A stretch of 47,700 nt of DNA from the NCBI GenBank assembly GCA_903888625.1, contig CAISUD010000041.1, positions 1-47,700 on the forward strand, given 5' to 3'. The notes beneath the pieces are model-generated. The model saw only the letters and a program-made list of their open reading frames with translations. It searched no databases and was not told the origin of the DNA. Origin of the DNA: an uncultured bacterium (GTDB taxonomy: Bacteria; Patescibacteriota; Minisyncoccia; Phycocordibacterales; UBA9973). Position 1 is the stretch's first letter. The number at the start of each line of letters is the position of its first letter. Shown piece after piece: positions 41,309 to 47,700 of the stretch. A program made the translations under genes and the position numbers.

Positions 41309-43087
41309 TTAATATACTTCTTGTTGATAACATTTTTCACAATAAACTATTTCAGAACCAGCTCTGTCATACGCCGTTTCAAATTCAACTTCACAATTTT
41401 CTTCGCCATGGGTATGAAGAGCTGTATTTTTATATAAATTATTTTCTGATTTTTTTCCAGCACACATACATTTTCTTTGCCATAATTTTTTAGGATTCTC
41501 TAATTTTAAACGTTCATAATAACGGCAATTATGGCACAATCTTGGAAGAGGAATATTTAATCTTCTATATAAATTTAATTCCCCAGCTGTAATTTTAAAA
41601 GCAGTCGTACACTGATCGTTTAAACAATTTCCTTGATGCTCGCAACGAATAACTTCACCTAAGATAGAATCGTCAACATTTCTAATATTATTTGGTAAAT
41701 CTTTTGAATCAATTGTTATTTTATATTCTTTTACCTCTCCATCTTTCCAGTAATATCCTTGTTTTTCAGCTTCTTTTTTTCCAAGTGGAAAATAAAAATT
41801 TGCTAAAGTTTCGTTATAATCATATGGAGAAAATTCAGCCGGGAAAAATTCACCATATTGATAAATTCTCCCTTTTTTATCTTTGAATGGATTTTTTTTA
41901 ATATTTTCAATAATCTTTTCTCTTAATAAGAGATATTCTTCCTTTTCATATTTTTTATTTAAAATACAATAATCGTGATGTAAAAGGCCCACGCAACCAA
42001 ATAAATCATGACAACTCTCACAAGCATCAGTATATTCCACATTATAGCTATCCCAAGGTAAATGACTTGCCTTTACATTCCTGGTACCAGCACAACCTAA
42101 ACTATCATAACAAAATTCTGAATCGTCTACTGTGACATAGCATTCATAGCATTCTCTGGCCTTATTTCCATTTATAATATAATTACAGTCTTCAAGACTT
42201 TTTGCTGAAAAAACAGAAAGAGCGTTTTTTGAATTATTGACCATATCTCCTGTCACATCTTTATTATTTGCTCCATGAATATATTTCACAGGATATTTTT
42301 TATACAAATCATATGCTTGTTGTTTTATGGCAATAACTGAATTATAAGATTCTAAATTTAAATCTAAACATTTTTTTTCATATTCCTCTTTAGAATATGA
42401 AACATTAAATATACTATAAGCTTTATTCCTTAGACCCACACAACCAATAAGATCGTGACAATTTACACAATCTTTTGAGTAATAAATATTGTATGAATCT
42501 CTGCAATCATTCGAAAAAAAACAGTTGCTACAATTAGAGCAATTCAGAAGTTCATAGCAAAGCTCGCAATTAAAACAAGTCGAGAGATCTAATGAATTTT
42601 TACAATAATAAATATTAAAAGAATAAAAACAATCTTCATTATGATCACTCACAAAAATCAAATAACAATTTTTGTTATACCCGGCACCATTAGTGTAATC
42701 ACAATTTATATTATTAAAAACAAGCGCGTATTGCCTCGGAACCTTTTGTTGTAATTCAAAAAATTGATCTAAAAAAGGTCTAGTAAAATCTACTTCTTGC
42801 CCGTATGAAAGTGGATCCCAGTTTGTTCCTCTATAACAACTATAGCAATATACTGGAAATGGTTTATCATAAGAAAAAACAGAAATAACAACTTTGTCAC
42901 ACAAACCACAATTCCTTTTATAAAGAGTACGTTCATTTCTCCAAGTTAATTTCCTTTGTAAACGACACTCGTGACAAAAACCTGGAGCAGAAACTTTAAA
43001 TTTATCAAAAAAAATTTCGTCCTTTTGTTCAATAACAAATTCTTTTTTACAATTCTGACAAATTTTAGTTTCGTTTTCTTTTTCCAT
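41309..43087 (-). CDS. Cys-rich multi-zinc-ribbon protein, paralog A
   Basis: 592 aa with the same architecture as paralog B. The N-terminus is ETKICQNCKKEF...CHECRLQRKL and the C-terminus is CEKCYQQEVY. Confidence 0.7.
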   Translation of the reverse strand: MEKENETKICQNCKKEFVIEQKDEIFFDKFKVSAPGFCHECRLQRKLTWRNERTLYKRNCGLCDKVVISVFSYDKPFPVYCYSCYRGTNWDPLSYGQEVDFTRPFLDQFFELQQKVPRQYALVFNNINCDYTNGAGYNKNCYLIFVSDHNEDCFYSFNIYYCKNSLDLSTCFNCELCYELLNCSNCSNCFFSNDCRDSYNIYYSKDCVNCHDLIGCVGLRNKAYSIFNVSYSKEEYEKKCLDLNLESYNSVIAIKQQAYDLYKKYPVKYIHGANNKDVTGDMVNNSKNALSVFSAKSLEDCNYIINGNKARECYECYVTVDDSEFCYDSLGCAGTRNVKASHLPWDSYNVEYTDACESCHDLFGCVGLLHHDYCILNKKYEKEEYLLLREKIIENIKKNPFKDKKGRIYQYGEFFPAEFSPYDYNETLANFYFPLGKKEAEKQGYYWKDGEVKEYKITIDSKDLPNNIRNVDDSILGEVIRCEHQGNCLNDQCTTAFKITAGELNLYRRLNIPLPRLCHNCRYYERLKLENPKKLWQRKCMCAGKKSENNLYKNTALHTHGEENCEVEFETAYDRAGSEIVYCEKCYQQEVY

Positions 43088-43093
43088 ATTTTA

Positions 43094-43114
43094 CATCTAC
43101 GCCATGGCGTAGAT
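43094..43114. repeat. 21-nt element with a perfect 20-nt palindrome, copy 2 (intergenic)
   Basis: catctacgccatggcgtagat is identical to 24797-24817. It lies between mreC and paralog A. Confidence 0.85.
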
Positions 43115-43132
43115 AATAATAATTTATTAAAA

Positions 43133-43924
43133 CTATTTTTCAACTTCCACAAACTTTTGTTGCCAAATGTTTATTGGACTAGCTAGGAGTGCTTTTTGGT
43201 AGGCATCACGCGGGTCGGAAAGAATCGTAGCAACTGTGCCTAAAATATGTGGAGTGACTCCTGGCAGGTCAACTTCGGTGCCAACTGGCAAAACAAAATC
43301 TCTCGGCAAAATCATTTCAAAATTTCCACCTCCCCTGCCGACAGCTTCCATAAAAACATTCTGACCAGAAATCACTACTTCAGTTTTTTCCCCTGGATTT
43401 GAAAACAAAATTACCTTGGACGAATTTGTATCTACTTCGGTAATTTTGCCAATCGGGACATTGCCAAGAGCAAAAACATTTTGCCCGACAACTATACCTT
43501 CGTCTTTACCAGCATCGATAACTAACGTATCATATGGAGATACATTTGGTTTCTCTAAAATGCCTGCCAAAATCATTGAAACATTTTGAGGTTTTCGGCC
43601 AAGAATTTCTTTCATTTGAATATTTTCATCCAAGACTGAAGCATAATTGGCTCGATCTACTGCACTCGCAGAAATCTCTGCTTGTAAGGTTTCGTTCTCT
43701 TCTGTTAAAGTTCTTCTAGTATGAAAAATTGAACCTGCATTTGAAATTCCTCCACCGATATTTTTGCCTAAAATTATTACTGGGCGAAAGATAAAACTAA
43801 ATGTGGAAGATAAACCTCGAAAAATACCGGCATGAAAATAGATTACTAAAAACAAAATAAATACTCCAAAAATTATTTTAGAAGTTTTTCTTTTTTTGTT
43901 TTTTTTATCTAGGAGGTAATTCAT
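43133..43924 (-). CDS. mreC: Rod shape-determining protein MreC
   Basis: About 263 aa from MNYLLDKKN. It has an N-terminal TM, a coiled-coil (TLTEENETLQAEISA) and a beta-barrel domain (GIVVGQNVFALGNVPIGKITEV). It overlaps the mreB stop. Confidence 0.8.
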   Translation of the reverse strand: MNYLLDKKNKKRKTSKIIFGVFILFLVIYFHAGIFRGLSSTFSFIFRPVIILGKNIGGGISNAGSIFHTRRTLTEENETLQAEISASAVDRANYASVLDENIQMKEILGRKPQNVSMILAGILEKPNVSPYDTLVIDAGKDEGIVVGQNVFALGNVPIGKITEVDTNSSKVILFSNPGEKTEVVISGQNVFMEAVGRGGGNFEMILPRDFVLPVGTEVDLPGVTPHILGTVATILSDPRDAYQKALLASPINIWQQKFVEVEK

Positions 43925-44951
43925 TTTGATTTCCAATCAAAACTTCTTGATAAAAAGGTAAATCATCCAAAATGACACCAGTCCCACGGGCTACTGCTGA
44001 AAGTGGGTCATCTACCATATACACTGGGATTTTTAAATTGTTTTGTAAAAGCCTATCGAGACCTGCAAGTAAAGCTCCACCACCGGAAAGAGTGATCCCT
44101 CCATGCATGATATCGGACAAAATTTCTGGCGGAGTTGTTTCAAGTACGTCTTTAACTCCATCAACTAACTCTTTAACAGAAGAAGCCAAAGCTTCACGAA
44201 TATCCGAATCAGTCACAATCACTTCTCGTGGTAAGCCAGTTAACAAGTCTCGGCCTCGAACTTCTGTTTCCATATATTCACCGGGTAAAACAGAACCGAT
44301 GGCAATTTTTACTGATTCAGCCGTCCTCTCACCAATTAAAATTTTGAATTCATCACGCATATAAGTGATGATGTCATTGTTTAATTTATCTCCGGCAATT
44401 TTTAGATTTTTAGATTTTACAATTCCTCCAAGTGAAATCACTGCAATATCTGTCGTACCTCCGCCAATATCGATAATCATCGAACCGACAGGATCTTTGA
44501 TAGGCAAACGAATCCCGATAGCTGCTGCCATTGGTTCCTCAACTAAAAAAACTTCTCGAGCTCCAGCCGAACGTGCTGCATCATAAACAGCTCTAGTTTC
44601 AACATTGGTAGTACCTGAAGGCACTCCTACTAAAACTCTCGGTCGGCCAAATTTTTTAGACATTTTGTCAGCTTTATTTATCAAATATGAAAGCATTTCT
44701 TCGGTTACTTCAAAATCAGAAATCACTCCATCCACAAGTGGTCGAACGGCCTTAATATGGCCAGGTGTTCTTCCAAGCATTTCTTTTGCTTGAGCTCCAA
44801 CTGCTAAAACTTGATTGGTTTTTTGATTAACAGCTACTACTGAAGGTTCGTTGATTACAATTCCATGACCTTTTAAATAAACCAAAGTATTGGCTGTGCC
44901 TAAATCTATCCCGATATCATTTGAAATTAATTTGTAGAATTTTTTAAACAT
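43905..44951 (-). CDS. mreB: Rod shape-determining protein MreB (actin-like ATPase)
   Basis: 348 aa. Supporting motifs are IGIDLGTANTLVY, EPMAAAIG and IDIGGGTTDIAVISLGG. Confidence 0.95.
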   Translation of the reverse strand: MFKKFYKLISNDIGIDLGTANTLVYLKGHGIVINEPSVVAVNQKTNQVLAVGAQAKEMLGRTPGHIKAVRPLVDGVISDFEVTEEMLSYLINKADKMSKKFGRPRVLVGVPSGTTNVETRAVYDAARSAGAREVFLVEEPMAAAIGIRLPIKDPVGSMIIDIGGGTTDIAVISLGGIVKSKNLKIAGDKLNNDIITYMRDEFKILIGERTAESVKIAIGSVLPGEYMETEVRGRDLLTGLPREVIVTDSDIREALASSVKELVDGVKDVLETTPPEILSDIMHGGITLSGGGALLAGLDRLLQNNLKIPVYMVDDPLSAVARGTGVILDDLPFYQEVLIGNQNELPPR

Positions 44952-44962
44952 AAATAAAACAC

Positions 44963-44992
44963 AGGCTCTAGGCTCTAGGCTCTAGGCTCTAG
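44963..44992. repeat. Heptanucleotide tandem repeat (aggctct) x4.3
   Basis: Copies lie at 44963, 44970, 44977 and 44984, followed by a trailing ag. The repeat spans the proS stop codon (44975-44977). Confidence 0.9.
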
Positions 44993-46699
44993 TAACTTCA
45001 ATAAATCATTAATACCAATAATTTTTCCTTTTTCTTCTGTCCTCTTTTTTAATTCAATTCCGCCCTCTTTCAAACTTCTTTCTGAAATTACGGCTCGATA
45101 TGGAATTCCAATCAAATCTGCATCGGCAAATTTCTCTCCTGCAGAAACCTCTGTTCGATCATCAAATAAAACTTCAATATTATTTTTCTTTAATTCTCCA
45201 TATAGTTTTTCTGCTTCAATCTTCACATTTTCTTTATCACCCAAAGAAAGCATATGTACTGTAAATGGTGCCACAGATTCAGGCCAAATAATCCCTTTAT
45301 CATCATTAAATTTTTCCACTATCGCAGCCAATGTTCTACCAATACCAATCCCATAACAACCCATATAATATGGTTTTTGACTTCCGTCCGAATCTGTAAA
45401 ATTAGATCCAGACATAAGTTTAGTATAGTGATATCCTAATTGAAAAATGTTACCAACTTCTATTCCGCGTTTTTCTACTAAAATTTGTCCATTTAAAGAT
45501 AAATCTCCAGGACGAGCCATAGCAATATCACCTTCAAAGTTTATTTGTTCTTTATAATCTCGCGCATTTACATTTAATAAATCACGATTATTTTTATTTG
45601 AACCACCATACATATTTACTACAGTTTTTAACGAATCATCCGCTACAACAATAATTTCTTTATCTTTTAACACCCTACTATGAATTCCAACCGGAGAAAT
45701 AAAACCAGGAACAGTATCTATGTATAAAGCAATTTCTTCAACAGAGGCATGACGTAAATTATTAGCATTAGTAATATGTTTTAATTTTGTTTCATTCACA
45801 TCTAAATCCCCACGAATAATTGCTAAAATAAATCTCCCCCTATCATCGACAAACAAAACATCTTTAATTTGTTGCCACAGTGGAAGTTTATGTAATTTAA
45901 CGCCATCCTCCATAGTGGTACCGCGCACTGCTTCAACTTCTTCCATTTCTTTTAATTGTTCACTAATATTTTTTTCTTCTTTTTTAAACTTTGCGATATC
46001 TTCATGAGCTGAATAACTACCATCTTCTGTAGAAAAATAACGACTCTCCCCAATTTCTGATGGAACGACAAATTCATGACAATATTCACCACCAATATAA
46101 CCATTGTCAGACTCTACTATATCAGTCTTTAAATTCATTCGATCAAACATTCGGGTATAAGCTTTTTTCATCTCCTCATAAGTTTTTTTGAAATCTTCTT
46201 CATCTTTGTGAAAAGAATAACCATCTTTCATAATAAATTCACGTACGCGCAAAAGACCACCTCGAGCCCGAAGTTCGTCACGAAACTTTGGAGAAAATTG
46301 ATAAAGATGAAAAGGTAATTCTTTATAAGAAATTTCAAATTTCCTAACTAAATCAACGAACATTTCTTCAGCCGTACCACCTAAAGCAAATTCTGAATCT
46401 CGTCTATCTTTTACTTTCATTAATTCAAAACCAGTTGTATTTGTACGATTGGTTTCCTTCCACAACTCTAATGGATGTAAAATAGGACTTAGCATTTCTT
46501 GTGCTCCAGATCGATCCATTTCATCCTTAATGATAGACATAATTTTTTGCTGGACTTTTTGACCAATTGGTAAAATAAAATAACGCCCAGCTACTGACTC
46601 TCGAATATAACCAGCTTGTTTAAGTAATTTAGCAGAAATCATCTTATCCTCCTCAGAAGAAGTTTTTGAAGTCTTTAAAAAATATTGTGATTGTCGCAT
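44975..46699 (-). CDS. proS: Proline--tRNA ligase (bacterial type with editing insertion)
   Basis: 574 aa. The N-terminus is MRQSQYFLKTSK...AGYIRESVAGRYFILPIG. Class II motifs are present (FRDELRARGGLLRVREF, GCYGIGIGR), plus an anticodon-binding C-terminus. Confidence 0.95.
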   Translation of the reverse strand: MRQSQYFLKTSKTSSEEDKMISAKLLKQAGYIRESVAGRYFILPIGQKVQQKIMSIIKDEMDRSGAQEMLSPILHPLELWKETNRTNTTGFELMKVKDRRDSEFALGGTAEEMFVDLVRKFEISYKELPFHLYQFSPKFRDELRARGGLLRVREFIMKDGYSFHKDEEDFKKTYEEMKKAYTRMFDRMNLKTDIVESDNGYIGGEYCHEFVVPSEIGESRYFSTEDGSYSAHEDIAKFKKEEKNISEQLKEMEEVEAVRGTTMEDGVKLHKLPLWQQIKDVLFVDDRGRFILAIIRGDLDVNETKLKHITNANNLRHASVEEIALYIDTVPGFISPVGIHSRVLKDKEIIVVADDSLKTVVNMYGGSNKNNRDLLNVNARDYKEQINFEGDIAMARPGDLSLNGQILVEKRGIEVGNIFQLGYHYTKLMSGSNFTDSDGSQKPYYMGCYGIGIGRTLAAIVEKFNDDKGIIWPESVAPFTVHMLSLGDKENVKIEAEKLYGELKKNNIEVLFDDRTEVSAGEKFADADLIGIPYRAVISERSLKEGGIELKKRTEEKGKIIGINDLLKLLEPRA

Positions 46700-46758
46700 A
46701 TCCCCTATCTTACCCTAAAAAGATTTTTTTTACAATTTCAATAAAAAATTAAAATTCT

Positions 46759-46796
46759 ACTTACCAAGTATTTGCGATAGCATAAAGCTGGTAAGT
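46759..46796. promoter_or_regulatory. Hairpin with a tgcgatagca loop, downstream copy (upstream of proS)
   Basis: acttaccaag-tatttgcgatagcataaag-ctggtaagt. It is related to 47306-47340. Confidence 0.45.
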
Positions 46797-47287
46797 TATT
46801 TCTTTCCATAACCCTTTGAAAGTTTAAATTTTTTAAAATTATCCCCTAGTTTAATTTCATCTAAATATTCTAAAAAATCTTTTGGCAATGGTGAAGGACC
46901 AACCCAAACACTTTTTTGAATCATAAAAAAATTAAATTTTTTTAAATGAAAACGAAACCATTCGCGTTCTTTCTTTTTGTTTTCAGGAATATCATAAACA
47001 ATTAATAAATCCTTTGGAGAACTTTCGTTTTCCTCTCCTTTAAACTTTTTTAAAATATTTTTTTGTTTTTCTAAAAATTCTCTTCCTCTAGCTGTTATAA
47101 AATATTCTCCTTTATCTGATTTTCTAATAAATTCCTTTTTAGAAAGAATTGAAAATCTATTTGCTAAAGTTTGATATTTATAATGGTTAAAGTCTGGTAA
47201 ACCCAAAAGTCCAACTCTCAACCCTTTATATCTTAAAGTTGGTCTTTTTTTACTCAAATATTCAAGAACTTCTATCTCTAAACTCAT
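46796..47287 (-). CDS. PaaX-like regulator (wHTH + Cas2-fold C-terminal domain)
   Basis: 163 aa. The N-terminal wHTH-like segment is LANRFSILSKKEFIRKSDKGEYFITARGREFL. The C-terminal segment is LIVYDIPENKKKEREWFRFHLKKFNFFMIQKSVWVGPSPLP. Confidence 0.65.
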   Translation of the reverse strand: MSLEIEVLEYLSKKRPTLRYKGLRVGLLGLPDFNHYKYQTLANRFSILSKKEFIRKSDKGEYFITARGREFLEKQKNILKKFKGEENESSPKDLLIVYDIPENKKKEREWFRFHLKKFNFFMIQKSVWVGPSPLPKDFLEYLDEIKLGDNFKKFKLSKGYGKK

Positions 47288-47305
47288 AATATAAATTATA
47301 ATACT

Positions 47306-47340
47306 TTACCAAAAAAATGCGATAGCAGAAACTTGGTAAA
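47306..47340. promoter_or_regulatory. Hairpin with a tgcgatagca loop, upstream copy
   Basis: tttaccaa-aaaaatgcgatagcagaaac-ttggtaaa, in the promoter region of 46796..47287. Confidence 0.45.
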
Positions 47341-47534
47341 TAAATCAATGTAATTAAATTAAACTTTTTAATACTTTTAAGTGCATATTGTTCATATTTT
47401 TATTATTCAAGCTAGAAACAGGAATATATTTAATGGTTTTTTATGAAAATTCCCTTTTCTATCCTTATACATATTACAACTATAACATGAGATTTGTCTG
47501 ACTTAACTAAAATTTGCAAAGTTAAAAAAATTGT

Positions 47535-47700
47535 TTAGTTAACCTTCAAGGGTGACACTGTGGATAAATAATAATTCAATTTCTCGACCGGAATCATTCC
47601 ATTTAAATATTTTCCTAAATGAATTCTTTCGTAATTGTAGAAATGTAAATATTCTTCAAGAGATTTCCAAGTTCTTCTAGGATTAAGATAATATTCTTGA
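47535..47700 (-). mobile_element. 3' end of a DDE (rve-type, IS3/IS481-like) transposase gene, truncated by the window edge
   Basis: The minus-strand frame reads QEYYLNPRRTWKSLEEYLHFYNYERIHLGKYLNGMIPVEKLNYYLSTVSPLKVN then stop. The YN.ER.H..L...P motif is typical of integrase-core C-termini. Confidence 0.6.

Noticed and set aside
47559-47567. Fourth copy of the TGTGGATAA box.
   Set aside because: It lies inside the coding frame of the partial transposase (it encodes LST) and has no promoter hexamers at the expected spacing. It is treated as coincidental.
1-47700. Alternative genetic code (UGA as a sense codon, as in some CPR lineages).
   Set aside because: Long conserved genes (uvrA, uvrB, nrdJ, proS) are uninterrupted under the standard code. 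TGA also terminates ORF 1051..1599 in an ATGA overlap.

Overview
Low-GC bacterial chromosome fragment. Its compact gene style and content resemble a Candidate Phyla Radiation (Patescibacteria-like) organism; that placement is inference. The standard genetic code fits: long ORFs are intact, and TGA acts as a stop in the ATGA overlap at 1051-1054. The core backbone is uvrA-uvrC, uvrB, RNase P RNA, a class II ribonucleotide reductase, a DUF192 protein, a 2-hydroxyacid dehydrogenase, a PLP-dependent decarboxylase, tgt, two tandem Cys-rich paralogs, mreB-mreC, proS, tRNA-Ala, and a tRNA-Asn split by a group I intron. There are two accessory blocks. Block A (about 1660-13560, 11.9 kb) is bracketed by a 15-nt direct repeat of the tRNA-Asn 3' end. 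It carries a large serine recombinase, a zinc-finger/P-loop replication protein, an iteron-like non-coding region, envelope proteins and a restriction-modification (R-M) module. Block B (14761-22116) carries RhuM-Fic, GIY-YIG, a HEPN-like protein, small ORFs and a second R-M module. The most unusual signal is that both R-M modules encode a complete, apparently cleavage-competent LexA (winged HTH plus S24 autopeptidase) fused in-frame to the N-terminus of a DNA methyltransferase. One fusion partner is a C5 cytosine MTase and the other a beta-class N6/N4 MTase, and both sit behind promoters of the same architecture. Other notable signals are short GC-rich palindromic elements inserted in-frame into uvrA, uvrB, uvrC and tgt; PaaX/Cas2-fold regulator genes bracketed by repeated palindromes; a structured about 200-nt leader RNA; and a promoter motif shared by uvrA, uvrB and an orphan ORF. 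No CRISPR array or rRNA gene was seen. All calls come from reading the sequence and ORF translations by eye; no database search was run.
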